Positions 12,195-24,574 of a stretch of 64,000 nucleotides of DNA are shown in pieces. The stretch is taken from NCBI GenBank assembly GCA_036785375.1, contig JAWMAR010000063.1:4340001-4404000 (forward strand), read 5' to 3'. The notes under the pieces are model-generated. The model did not search any database. It saw nothing but the letters and a program-made list of their open reading frames with translations, and was not told where the DNA came from. The DNA is from Leucoraja ocellata (lineage: Eukaryota). Positions within the stretch are counted from its first letter, which is position 1; the number at the start of each line of letters is the position of its first letter. The position numbers were made by a program, and so were the translations under genes.

Positions 12195-14478
12195 TTTAGT
12201 TTGACCTTACATCACTTTTAATGATTTCTTGTCACTGCTTTTTTGCTTAAGTGACATTCAATCCAGGCAACAGCAGAAAGGATTAACAAGTAAAACCCAG
12301 CATGGTGTCAACACCCCCCCCCCCCCCCCCCCCACCCAACCTCCGGGAGAAGGCAGGGCACAGTTGGGTCCTGCGTATACATTATATGCAAGTAATAAAA
12401 TATTACTATAACAAAATATTAATATGGCTCTGCAGCCTGTCTTTGATAAGATACAACAAAAAAATGTACTAAAACAAACATTGTTTGAATTGCTGTAACA
12501 TAACCCCAATGAGAGCTACAGGAAAAAGAAAGTTTCAAATACGCGTTTATGAAATAAATACAAGGGGGAAATTCATATGGAAATTATATTAAAATATCCT
12601 CTGGGAATTAGTAAGCATACAAAAAAAATCATCCAAAATCATTAAATTCCAAAAAACAAATACATATGTAACATAGTCAACATATTTACATATTACATAG
12701 TGGTACAGTAAAAAAGCAGACCATTATTATTTTTCCAATTACTAAACAAGCCACTTTTTCCACTGCTTTATGTCCTAAGTAATGTTTAACTCACCGAGGT
12801 TTAACTTCTTCACCTTTCTTTAGATGATCTGTAAACATTCTAACACGTATAATGTACACTTTATTTTGGCAATTGTCTAGGTGAATTATTTTTCAGAGGA
12901 AATTTACAAGGTCAGTATCTTAGGTCCTGATGAAAAAAAGAACAATGTCAATTAGCTTGAAAAAAATCCAGATAGAAATAAAACAGTATTGTGTGGTAGG
13001 GGAACCCCAAATGATTTCTTCTTTACATCAAATAGCAACTCTGCTACTTGGAATAGTAGCGATTTCTCAGAAATGCACGGTTATGTTTTTCCTGCTCAAA
13101 TGTCTGAAATGAAAAAGGAAACGCGTCTCGGGGAATGAGGCGTTTTGTTTGTTAATCTGTTCTTTAATTCCTGAGTTCTTTTTTTGGGAGGGGGGTGGTG
13201 GTCGGAGACCCGAGAATTATTCGCGTCCGGTAAGATTTAAGAACGGGGAGGTAAACTGTGGCCTGCACATCGGCACATTTACTCGTTTGCCATGTTTGAC
13301 GTATTTGCATTTACAGAACAATCAAATATATATTGTTGCTGTAAAAAGAAACCAGCAAACGAAATGAATGTACAACGCGATACCAGTTCAGTCATTTAAG
13401 TGCATCTCGATGCAAAAGGGGCCACTACTCCTCATTTTAACTTGTTTCTATTTTCCACATGGTAAACTTAAACGGGTGATCAGCAATGGACCATTTCAAC
13501 TCTCCAATTATTTTCATTCACGTGTTTCCGCCTCGTCCCAACATTTAAAGACACCTTTTTACAAAGTTGTTAGCTGACGTCACTTTCTTTGATTTCTTAA
13601 ACTTGTCTTAACTCGCCTGATTTTTTATATTTTAAAACAGGATCGGCAATGAACGCTTGCACTGATTCAGAAAACTTCAGTCCTCAGTCAGTACTCCCTT
13701 TCAGTTTTCAACAATTTATCTGACAGAATGACTTCAACATTTCATGGGCAAAATTCGCAAGTAAGTGCACAGTCAAAATCAGGGTTTGTTTTCAACAAGA
13801 ACTGATGTTTGTAAGACATTGATTTATCTGGGATGCCAGACCATGTTCTCAATGAATCGATTTGAATATTTATTTAAAATCACAGAAAATAAAAGTCAAA
13901 ACAATTGATCTTCCGGCGTCCTTTACTTACTTACAAGACACATCCTCTGAGGGCGAACTATATATAAATATTTGTTTTAATAAAATTCGTGACAGATCAG
14001 TTCAAGATAATAAATATACGCTTTTTCCCCCACCGGCGGTCTGCCACATTTAACAAACCTGCGACTGTATGCGGACAATTCGATGGTTGTCTTTACTTTT
14101 TGTTTAAACTCAGCTCTCGCTTACCCTTTAAGAGAAACCGCTGCTTTAAGGAATCCCCTGAAACAATTCAGCAGAGAAAACGATTATTTTTTGTTACAAC
14201 TTTTGCAAATTATCCGTGTCAATTAATTACGGGGAGGGGGGAAGCTTTGTTCTACAGCAGGGGGAAAAAATAACCACTTGATTTACCACAAGAAATGCAT
14301 GAAATGTATGTTTTCCCTCTTTCCTAAGCATGAGTACAGTCCAGTGCTAAATAAACAGTCTCTGCAACACTGGCTAGATCCCTTTTTCAGACAGTTTTTT
14401 TTTTTGCTTTGTAAAATCCAGTTTAATTTTTTTTTAGTCTTTTTTTCTTGGTGGGAAGTGGGTGTGTGTTTGGAAGAG
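12195..14478 (-). other. Putative long AU-rich 3' UTR of POU3F1
   Basis: Minus-strand AATAAA at 13869-13874 and 12860-12865. ATTAAA at 12217-12222 is followed by a U-rich tract (plus-strand A-run ~12144-12160). Pumilio element TGTAAATA at 12683-12690. The end point is inferred. Confidence 0.5.
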
Positions 14479-15612
14479 TCATTGAACAGGGGACTGCAGT
14501 GTGTGATGAAGCGGCGGAGTGTCCCTTTGTGAATATACATCCTCCATCCCTGGGTGCCCGGGGATCCCGGCTGGGGTCATCCGCTTTTCTTTTTGTCTTC
14601 TGTTACAAAACCAAACTCTGACCACTTCTTTCTCTAACTGCAGACTGTCAGCCAAGCTGGTGATCTCATGAGCCGATGGCTTGGGGCACTTTAAGAAGTG
14701 ATTCTCCAACGCCCCCTTCACTCCTATCTCAATGGACGTCCGCTTCTTTCTCTTCCTCCCCTGGGCAGCGATCTTGTCTATGCTGGTGGGACTCCCCGAG
14801 GTGGAGTCAGTCTCCTCCAGCCATTTGTTCAACAGGGGCTTCAGTTTGCACATGTTCTTGAAGCTGAGTTGCAAGGCTTCAAACCTGCAGATGGTGGTCT
14901 GGGAGAAAACGTTGCCGTACAGTGTGCCCAGGGCCAGGCCCACGTCCGCCTGGGTGAAGCCGAGCTTGATCCTCCTTTGTTTGAACTGCTTTGCAAAGTG
15001 CTCCAAGTCATCTGACGTGGGCGCATCTTCATCCGAGTGGTCCTGGTGATGTTGCGGAGGATGCTGCTGGTGGTTGTCATGGCCACCTGGATCCTCGTGG
15101 AGTGCATCCGTCATCCCATGGTGGAGAGACTGGGTTTGTGGGCTCAGCATGCTATTGAGGCTGGTGAACCCCGGCTGCGAGTAGATGAGCGGTTGGTGGC
15201 CGTTAGTGGATGGTGGCATCCCCGGGATGTGATGCGCCGCCGCCGTTCCCCAGCCGCCGCCAGGGTGGTTGCCATGAGTCTGTTGATGGACCATATGATG
15301 TGTCCGGTGATGAAGGCTGTTTCCAAGGTCATCCCTGGCTGTCTGCACAGTGGCCTTTACTGGGTCTGGCTGTCCGAGGTGAGAAGCGGTGACCCAAGGT
15401 GCCCCGTCAGTGACAGAAGACAGCCACTGGTGGCTGTGCGTAATGGGATGCCCATTGCTGGCCAGCCCATGCAAGTAGTCATTTTGCACCATTTTCTGAA
15501 CTTCTCTATAGGTAGTTCCTGGATGCATCCTGTCAGAGTCCGGATGCACCAAAGAGTTAGAGTGGAGCGAGTTATTCCTCGGAATGTAATGAGCCGAAGC
15601 TGTGGTGGCCAT
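14479..15612 (-). CDS. POU3F1: POU domain class 3 transcription factor 1 (Oct6/SCIP/Tst-1), intronless, 377 aa
   Basis: POU-specific domain ([67 protein letters not shown]) and POU homeodomain ([10 protein letters not shown]...[15 protein letters not shown]). N-terminus [30 protein letters not shown], homeodomain [12 protein letters not shown] and C-terminus [16 protein letters not shown] are POU3F1-diagnostic. ATG at 15612 is in a good Kozak context (GTCATGG); the ORF track's 15627 start is a TTG. Confidence 0.96.
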   Translation of the reverse strand: MATTASAHYIPRNNSLHSNSLVHPDSDRMHPGTTYREVQKMVQNDYLHGLASNGHPITHSHQWLSSVTDGAPWVTASHLGQPDPVKATVQTARDDLGNSLHHRTHHMVHQQTHGNHPGGGWGTAAAHHIPGMPPSTNGHQPLIYSQPGFTSLNSMLSPQTQSLHHGMTDALHEDPGGHDNHQQHPPQHHQDHSDEDAPTSDDLEHFAKQFKQRRIKLGFTQADVGLALGTLYGNVFSQTTICRFEALQLSFKNMCKLKPLLNKWLEETDSTSGSPTSIDKIAAQGRKRKKRTSIEIGVKGALENHFLKCPKPSAHEITSLADSLQLEKEVVRVWFCNRRQKEKRMTPAGIPGHPGMEDVYSQRDTPPLHHTLQSPVQ

Positions 15613-16010
15613 GACTCGCACTTCCAAACTGATCAGGTTGCAGCTACTTTGCAGAGCTTTAGCGGAGCCAAGTCCCTAGCAGCGGGAGGGGGGCAAGGAT
15701 CGTACAACACGCCCGCCTGCTCAATTGGCCCACACCCTCTGACTGACAGCCAGACTTCGCTTCTTGATTCGTCGCTGATCGGCGACCTGCCCCTTCTTGC
15801 CAGCAGAGAGCTCAGTGCCTTTGGTTAGAGACGCAGCCGGACGCACATTGGACACTTGCCGCTGACTGACACCGCTTTGGTCCAACGTGAAGCAGCCGAC
15901 TGGCCAGTCAACGGGCGCTCGGGGCTTCGGATCCCGTCTGTCGGCGTGGGATTGGTCACCGTGCAATTCGTTACCACGTGGGGAAACTAATCTCACAGCA
16001 ATCCCCATTT
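15613..16010 (-). promoter_or_regulatory. POU3F1 5' UTR and proximal promoter (CpG-rich, multiple CCAAT boxes)
   Basis: CpG-dense block directly upstream of the ATG. Minus-strand CCAAT boxes near 15724, 15847 and 15951, and an E-box CACGTG near 15975. No clear TATA box. Confidence 0.7.
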
Positions 16011-17119
16011 AACAAAAAAAGTAACAATAAAAGAGTGCGGAAATGGCTGGGGTCTGCTCATAGATAATACCAATGATCTCAGTGAAGATAGCCCGCGTGT
16101 GTTTTAACGTCCGCCGGCAAGTGTTCTCAGCAGAACAAGCGCGACTGCGGGCTGTTTCACACCCACCTATAATGTTGTTTGTTTCCGCTTTGTTTTTGTG
16201 TACACAGCCGGTTACTGTGGCTGCTTTGGAGAAGTAAAAAACGAACGACCTTTTATTTTCAGGGAAACCGAGCTGCAAAATAAACGAGTTCTGTGCAAAA
16301 ACACAGTTGTACATCATTATCACACCAACAAAGCGGGATTGAGACAAATATGACTTATTTGTTTCAATTCATCCACGTTTATAAAGATCAGAATCGAGAT
16401 AATTATATCTGGTTTATTGTTGGAACAATCCATCTGAATAACTGAAAGATAAGTTTCTAATTTGTTTATTTTTATGGTTAATACTCATTTCACTCCACCC
16501 TCAGGGGAATACACTTTCGGCTAAACAGTCCTGGTTGATTATGTTTCTCTTCACGTCTCTTTTTTTTTTCGCTCCACAGCAAATTACCAATTCTATGAAT
16601 TGCAGAATAGCATTCAGCGCAGGTCTCCCCGCTGCAGGGGAAGTCTCTTATAAACACAAGCACGTTCTTTAATGTTAATTTAGGGCATTTTAATGTTAGA
16701 TCGTACTTTGCAAGGCACCATAACTCTAGACCCACATACACGTTTTATATCGCCCTTAATTCCCATTAGTCCCGCAAATCTCACCGTGGATGCATCTATC
16801 CCTCTTATTTAGTGCGTTTCTTTGCTTTGCAAGTTTTCTTCACACAGTGGACTCTCATTACGAAACTGAGCGCTTGGGAAAGATGGTAAGTTTGCATACT
16901 TCACGGGCTGCAATTTGATTGACACTTATTAGGAAATAATAGTTTTTCTCGCCTTAAAACTCAGCTGAAGTTTTATTTTAAACTAGAGGCTGATGTATTC
17001 TCAAGTTTTGAATTAGAGGTTTGTAGATGCCCACTTTATCAAAATATGCAACCGCTGTATGGTTTTCGTAAAGAAAACATTTTCTGTTGAGTGAAATATA
17101 TGTGAATAATATTGTGTGG

Positions 17120-17122
<3 letters not shown>

Positions 17123-17168
<46 letters not shown>
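17123..17168. repeat. (TG)20 microsatellite followed by CGCGCG
   Basis: Direct read: an alternating purine-pyrimidine tract. Confidence 0.97.
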
Positions 17169-17382
17169 GTTGTTTATCTTCAGGCTTGCTTCCTCGTATC
17201 GCCGTGTCTTTCTGGACTATTTCTGATGTCCTTTTCTTTATTCGCATCGATTAACCCGGCTTTCGCTCATTTACAGGTCACGTTAAAAGTGTGATTTACT
17301 TTCACGGTTACATATGGGGGCTGGCGGGCCACAAGTGTGAGATATCTCAGTGAGGCAAGTTGAGCAAATCCGGTCTCGTCTC

Positions 17383-17492
17383 TCTTTCCCCTGGTCCTCA
17401 GTCTGAAGAAGGGTCTCGACCCGAATCGTCATCTATTCCTTCTCTCCAGAGATGCTGCCTGACCCGCTGAGTTACTCCAACATTTTGTGTCT
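17383..17492 (+). mobile_element. Short PLE insertion with hammerhead core (GAAA changed to GAAT)
   Basis: CTGAAGAAGGGTCTCGACCCGAATCGTC. Probable 10-bp TSD GTCTC(G/A)TCTC at 17373-17382 and 17493-17502. Confidence 0.8.
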
Positions 17493-17887
17493 GTCTCATC
17501 TCCCGAATGGTAGGGGCGAGTGTCATTTCTGCCTAGGTGAATGGTCAAATCACTAGTCCGAATTCACCCCAACATTAATCCTCTGTGAAATGCAGTGCCA
17601 CTCACCGGTACCCTGTCTCCGACTTAAAAACAATTGCAATTCAGGGGATGTGGAATATCTTTTGAAAGTTATAGAGACTATTCGGGAAAATGGCGAGAAA
17701 GTACGACTGTTCTTGTTGGAAAGCGAGATACTGAACCATCTATCTATCGTTCGTCCTAAATTAACAGCACGGGATCATGCCCAAAGCCTCGCATGAGGGA
17801 GCACTACCCCAGGAACAACCATGCACACTATTCAGTAGGAGCGCTGCCTTAAGTGAGTCGTGTGGCCGCGCAGTAGTAAAAAAAAAA

Positions 17888-17995
17888 GATTTGTATTGAT
17901 ATGGCTACTTGACATGGTTCATAGGACGCCCCAAATCGCCTCACGGCCAATTACGTGCACTGGAATTGCGGTCACGGTTCTAAAGTGGGGAATGC
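17888..17995 (-). mobile_element. Ancient DeuSINE/L2-like 3' end remnant
   Basis: TTGTATTGATATGGCTAC...AGGACGCCCCAAATCGCCTCACGGCCAAT resembles the reverse of AmnSINE/SacSINE-type 3' ends as recalled. Very degenerate. Confidence 0.35.
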
Positions 17996-19856
17996 AAGTG
18001 CTGAGGGAGTGGCAACGTGATTAGAGTTGTCACTCCTATTTGTTAACTTGGCAGTTGTCTTATCCCAGGATTCAAATAACCCTCGGCAGCTCGTAAGGTT
18101 AAAACTACTCTAGAACAGTGTTCACAGTATCCGGTACTTAAAAAAAACAACAATTCATTGCGTACATAACTTTGAGAGGGTTTGTTGTGAGCATGCAGTG
18201 TATAAATAGACACGCCAGTCACGTTATCTTCATGATATCCCTCAGTAATCTTCGGGTCACACACTTTATAATCAAGGAAGGGTCAGTTTGTATTTTGCCG
18301 ACCCTCGCTTTAACCCATGACCATGTTCTGCCATCAAGCTTGTGGATGGAGGATTGTGTAAGGTGCCATTGAAATATTAGATGTGAAATTCGTCTTTCAA
18401 TGAAAAGCAGAGGCCTGTCCGTTTTAATTAGTAATTAACAGCCTGCTAACAAAAACTTATTGGGAATCATCAATGTTACATTTCCCATGATTTTTTTATT
18501 AGTAAACCGTTAATTATAGGGGGGGGGGGGGGGGGGTGGGGGAGAAGGAGGGGGAGAAGGAAGGGGAGAGAAGCCAAGTCCCCGTTGTGGATCAGACGGA
18601 ATTTCATCATTCAACGGAAAAGGCCAGTGTATGTAAAGAAAAAGTCTAACAGAGCCTTAATCGTGAGACCCAAGGCCAATCAACAACGTCATTCAAGTTC
18701 CCCAATTAAGACATGTGATATCTGATTCCCCCATTAAATTCCGTTGCGTTAAATCCTCGGTATTTGTTACATATATAACGTGAACAACCTCTTGCATGTT
18801 CTTTTCAGCAGTGTTGCTTTTCAATACTTTAACAAAAGGATTTAATGCATTAGTGGCATGTAACGCACAAACAGTTCAGAGATCAGTGCCTGTAATCAAT
18901 ATCTGAGCAACACATAAATTATTGATATTAAACAAACACCATGATATGATTTGAGCGTTATATTGATAGGGTGAAATTGAGGCATTTTAATTTTTAAACA
19001 GAGGAGTTTAGAATTTTAAAAAGTCTGATTCGTGACCTCGATTTCATTTACAAAGCTTTTAAGGAGTAACGGACCTCACACTTGAGAGTGGAAGTGAGAA
19101 CCACTATATATAAATTTCTTTTGCTCCTTCTGAGACATTTGGTTGCACACTGCTGCAGTAAAAACAGTTGGTTTTCTTCTTGATTGTGAACATCAGTAAA
19201 TCCAACAATAACGTAAAATGGGTTTATACTTCAGGATCTTGGATTAGTCTTTTAGGAGAATGCTAATATAATTTGAAATAATACAATAGTAAAATGGTTT
19301 ATATCTTGTATGGAGCACCGAAATATATCTTCATAGATGGGATGATTATTTGAGAGTTTTACGGTTCTGCTGTGAGCCATTTAGCCAGACCCTCCTGCTA
19401 TTTCAAAAACTGTTTTATTTTATTCTTGCACGAGGGCTATTCCTAAAGTGAGGTTATCAGTCTCTCCAAAGCTATATAGAATATGAGATGATGACTATAT
19501 TTGAGCATTGCTGCTGCCAGAGTGACGAACAGCTATGTTATCAATTGAAATATACATCCATCCTGTGATATATCCGTGGATGGGAGGAATACATCAGAGA
19601 GGTAGATGTGGAGGGGAAAAAAGCCTTTAAAATTGCTGTAGAACTAACTGCACTGAATTAAGATGACTCACTTCCAATTTGCACAAACAAGATAATAAAA
19701 ATAAGCCTCAGGTGATTTTATTGCAGAAATATACGAATCATAAAAAATACATAGCTGCTGACAATGCTGTTTGATATTGATTAATGCAAAACTCCAGTTT
19801 GCTTACTGCTGGTCAGCTTCATATTGTTAAAGTTACAAACTCTGACCAGGAATTAT

Positions 19857-19988
19857 GTCAGGGGTTATGGGGAGTAGGCAGCATAATGGGGTTTGGAGGG
19901 AAATAATAGATCAGCCATGATTGAATGGCGTAGTAGACTTGATGGGCCGAATACCCTAATTCTGCTCGTATCACTTATGACCTTATGA
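19857..19988 (+). mobile_element. CR1/HER1 LINE 3' end
   Basis: GGGGTTATGGGGAG..GGCAG...GATCAGCCATGATTGAATGGCG..GTAGACTTGATGGGCCGAAT..CCTAATTCTGCTC with a (CTTATGA) tail. Shared with 41176, 45465, 52115 and 62695. Confidence 0.82.
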
Positions 19989-20760
19989 ATGGCACTTCTA
20001 TCACCGCATCAAGCTTTTGTTCGTGAGGTACAGAAAAGGGTTTATTTTCTTGCAATTCCTGAATTATGTTGAGTTCCTTTTGAGGTACAGGTGGCTCTGT
20101 CTTGGTTTCCTTCTGGTATCTTGGTGAAATGACCATTGTAATTGTGAGCTGTAACAGTGGAGTGAAGCTTCTCTTCTTACTGGAGGTCATCTCCCAACAA
20201 ATCAAATACATTGGAAAAACAACAATGGGGTTTGAAAAGCTGGCACTATTAGGTGAATTTCTCAGGCATGTAAATGGATAGTATGTTTGTTCCTTTCCCT
20301 CACAATCCATCTTCAATGTGCCTCACCCTAATTGTCACAAAGGACTTGTTATGTCATACTGCATGGAGTCTCTGCAAAATCAACTGGTATTCAATTCAGT
20401 TGATGCAAGATTTAGAAGAATATTCTGAACTATTGCTGATGATGTGGACAGACCAAGGCAAATAGCTTTTCCTTTGATTACAACATAACAATAAATGGAA
20501 TAAGAATTACTCCAAGTATCTAATTCTCCTCATGGTGTCAATCAATGTAGCCAAACACTGCAAATTTCTGACCATTTGGAACTTGAAAATTATAGAATAA
20601 GTAAAATACTTTTAAAACATTTGTTGAATCATGTTTAATTTCATCCTTCTTCCCCTAAACCTGATATTTTAGAAAGTCTGTAAGTTATATTTGGAAATCT
20701 GCTTCTGGGTGGCTGTAGGGTTTGAAAGGATGATGGCATGATAGCATTAGTACTGCCACC

Positions 20761-21065
20761 TTCACAAGTTCACAAGTTATAGGAGTAGAATTAGACCATT
20801 CGGCCCATTGAGTCTACTCCGTCATTCAATCATGGCTGATCTCTACATCCTAATCCAGTTTTCCTGCCTTCTCCACATAACACAATTAGTTCCACAGATT
20901 AACTATCCCCTGACTAAAGAAATTCTCACCTCCTTTCTAAATTAATTCTTTAATTCTTTAATTCTGAGGCTATGACCTGTGGTCATAGACTCTCCCTCCA
21001 GTGGAAGCATCCTTTCCACATCCACTTTATTATTTTTGTATTCTGTAAGTTTCAATGAGGCCCCC
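20761..21065 (-). mobile_element. CR1/HER1 LINE 3' fragment
   Basis: Reverse complement of the same tail plus the ORF2 end (CTCATTGAAACTTAC.GAATA). Confidence 0.8.
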
Positions 21066-22640
21066 CTGTCATCTCCAGCCACAGCCATCACCATGTGCCA
21101 TGGTGCTCTGCCCCTTGTTTAACTGAGGCTGCAACTCAATTGTGTCCAGGAGCCACTCACCACAGGACTCCCACACTGCTAATGTTATTTTTTACATTCT
21201 CACAGAGCAAGAAAATGGTCCCGTTACAGGTATCTGGTGATACTGCAATTTGTTTTGAGATCAACTTAATTTCACAGAAGTGGTTTTCTGGTTGTGGGAC
21301 TGACAGAACTGACCAGAAAAACAACAAGGAAACCTTTTTTTCATTTGTATATATATTCAACCAGGCTGAACGGGCTCAGGGCTGGCAATTATATGTTCAG
21401 ATGTAACATTGGGCATGGGTGTTCAAGTTGGATTAATTTAATTAATTCCCTCACTTCTCACAAATTGCCAATTCAACTTCGAATGTTTCTGCATAAAGAA
21501 TGAAATGATTCACTAGCACCAATCCAACAATTTCGAATCCACAAGAGGAAATATATTATTTTTCTAGGTTGATCGTTTCAACGCTCTGTTTCCAGTAAAG
21601 TGTATTAATTTCTGTATTTCCTACCACACGATCATTCGTAGTTGATATTGAGTTGCTCGATGAGCATCTTTATCAGTTCCGAAGTATGTTTTTGCTGCAA
21701 GTTTACACCAGCGCAGAAACTGCGTTTCTTGCGATATTTCCTAATTGCAAAACATCAAAAGCTCATATTTTACTTTCAATGGAATCAGGCGGAAGTGCAA
21801 GGCCTGTTGTGGTCGAAGGACAAGCAGCAAGTTTGTTAAAAGTGTCCAGATGCTGGATGGGGAAGAATATGCCCTTGTCTGGGTGAGGTGCGTTTTTGCC
21901 GGGATGTTGATGGTTTCCATGGAGAGGGAGATGAAGGAATCACAGAGCTCACATTGAAGGGAGCCTAACCTCAGGAGAAAAAAAGCCTGTGTAACTTGAA
22001 AATAAAGGCCAGAATCAAAGTCTAGTCTTTGCATTGAGTTATGTTATGGAATGCAATCAGTTTGGTCAAACTTTAAAAAGAGGATCACTTTTGATCTTTT
22101 TTTAAAATACATGAATCACAACTTATTTAAAAAAAATAACTTTGTTCTTTTCTCGTTAAATGGCGCATCTCACTTATCAAAATATCTTATAACATTGTGG
22201 AAATCACGGTGCAAATATCCTTAAACGATTTATTCAGTATTATTATTCAGGCACCCATGCGTAAAACAAGAACATACGAAGTTATGTATGGAAAATATTT
22301 TGGTCAGTGTAAGTTCAGTAACATTTTACAATACCAGGTTTCTATTTGAACAGTTGTTGTCAGTGGGACTTTGCGGAAATTATTATTAAAGATGCACAGG
22401 ACAGATCTCCATTTATCTCTCCCAGCAATAAACATATCGTGCACTGTATGGTTCATTCCTCAGTAATGTGCTTACAAGTAACTGTTATGTTATGGTGTCA
22501 CTTCGCGATGTTAGTAACTTTCAGGACGTTCGTCCGCTCCGTCTCCACTTGTGCCTCTATCTACCCAGTTAGAAATTACACTTTTGTTTTCCTGTTCTCG
22601 ACTCCCTAAAGGAGATAAAAAGTGGAACATTAAGCTGTAA

Positions 22641-23352
22641 CTTGAACATTGAATTCTCCAAATTCAAGGTAATACATCGCCCATCTCTTTCCCAACCCCG
22701 CCCTCCCATCCAAGTGCACACGCGATTCTAGTAACACTGCTCCTTCCCTTACGCTCATCTCCCATCCACGTCCCCATTTCCCCTTTATCCCGTTTCCCCT
22801 CTCTCCTCCCCCTTTCCACCCACATTGCTCCCTCTAGCCTTACAATTCGCTCTGCTTTCTCTCCTCATCTGACATCCTTTTGTATCCTTTTCACCTCTGC
22901 CCTTTGTCACAAGTCCCATCTGCTAATCAGACCCATCTTACCCACCTATTCCCAGATAGACACAAAATGTTGGAGTAACTCAGCGGGACAGCCAACATCT
23001 CTGGAGAGAAGGAATGGGGGGCGTTTCGGGTCGAGATCATTCTTCAGACTGGACGAGTCTGAAGAAGGGTCTTGACCCTAAACGTCACCCATTCCTTCTC
23101 TCCAAAGATGCTGTATGTCCCGCTGAGTTACTCCAGTTTGTTGTGTCTATCTAAAGTTTAAACCAGTATCTGCAAATTCCTTCCTACCAATTCCCAGGTT
23201 TTATCCACCCCTCTTTTTCAGCATTCCCCCCCCCCCCCCCCCCCGCCAACCCCAGTCTGTCCGAGGAAGGGTCCCGACTAGAAACGTTCCGTCCATTCCC
23301 TCCACAGATGCCGAATTCCTCCAGCACATTGTGCTTTGCTCAAGATTCCAGC
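22641..23352 (+). mobile_element. Older PLE 3' region (ORF end, pyrimidine-rich UTR, decayed hammerhead) hosting a nested element
   Basis: Starts TTG AAC ATT GAA TTC TCC AAA TTC (LNIEFSKF, a GIY-YIG C-terminus), then a C/T-rich UTR, then CCGAGGAAGGGTCCCGACTAGAAACGTT. Confidence 0.72.
22956..23186. mobile_element. Nested fold-back mini-PLE with two back-to-back hammerhead cores
   Basis: Imperfect arms 22954-23050 and 23056-23152 around a GGACG loop, with a one-sided tail 23153-23186. TSD CC(T/A)ATTCCCAG at 22945-22955 and 23187-23197. Confidence 0.85.
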
Positions 23353-24574
23353 CTTTTCAGATTCTCGTCTGAAAGTTACGGCTGTGATGCCATCGGACCT
23401 GTCCACGGACGCACTGCCTGGTGTATTGACAACCATTCATTATCCTTGCCTTTACAAGGGCCATTTGAGGTCACTCACTTCGGCGGCAGAAAGAGGTCGG
23501 TGGGAATCAGTGTACCAGCCCTGCTCTGCTCCTGACGAGCAATGGGCCATTCAATTGTTCTGCGCTGCCTTCGTGAATGTCGTCTCTCACACTCGCCCGT
23601 TGCTCTGAAATGTTCTTAGAAACACCAGCCCCCTCTCGCATGAGTTCGATAAGTGATTGAGAACAATCAGCCCAAGAAATACATGGAAACAGTTCTTGTA
23701 TTTTCGGACAGCACATTCTCTTTGTACAGAGTACAGTGGCTCCACTGAGTATCACATTATCATTTGTTATTACTAATTAGCATTTAATCACAATTTTTCA
23801 CATAAGGGTAATCACTTTAGCATGACTAACAACATATATTCTGGTTTTTATTTCATGCCCTAAGAATGCACGTCATTCGTGGAAGTGTGTAAACAAAGGC
23901 GCTAGGGACATATTTGCATAGTGCAAAGGCACGCATTCTGCACCCACTCAAGAGTGAAAACAGCAACAAAGGGATTCCTCCACGAACAATCTCCGCATTA
24001 TCACCATTGTCACAATGAATTCTTACAGTGCGTTTAAAACCCTCGGTTCTCTTACTCAAGTAAGGGAATATTATTTTACGCGAGCATTTGATTCCTCTCA
24101 ATTTAAATTAATCAAAACTCCTAGTCTCTGTTCGCTTACCACGTATGGCATGCATCAGTTTGCAGCCCAATTCATCCCTGAGAGATTGTTCTCCTGGATG
24201 GGCATCTCAATGCTTGTTATAGCCCTGAGAGTAAGGTGACATTTGGAGGGTGTAACCCCCCCCCCCCCCCCCTTCCCCCTCCTCCCCCCTCCACCTCTTT
24301 CTTTCCACCGAAGGCTTCCAGCCACGTACGCTCTGAACTCTGAGGAAATTTAGCTGAAGCGAAGGCAAACAGCCCAACATCCAAAGTTTCATTTCAGGGC
24401 CAGACCTACCATTTCCACTGGCACCGCTGTAAGAAATGCTGTTCTTAAAGTATGTTTGCTCTGCTGACTATTTCCCTTTTGAAGCTGCTTTGAATCGGGG
24501 GGACAAAGTGCTGTTTTTGTGCAGAGGTGGTGCCTTATTTTAACCCTTTCCTGCAAGAAGCAGGGATAAAATGA

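Noticed and set aside
15613-15627. N-terminal extension MEVRV of POU3F1
   Set aside because: It starts at TTG. The conserved start is MATT at 15612 with a good Kozak context.
15037-15828. 263-aa plus-strand ORF antisense to POU3F1
   Set aside because: Shadow ORF of a GC-rich coding strand and promoter, with no recognisable domain.
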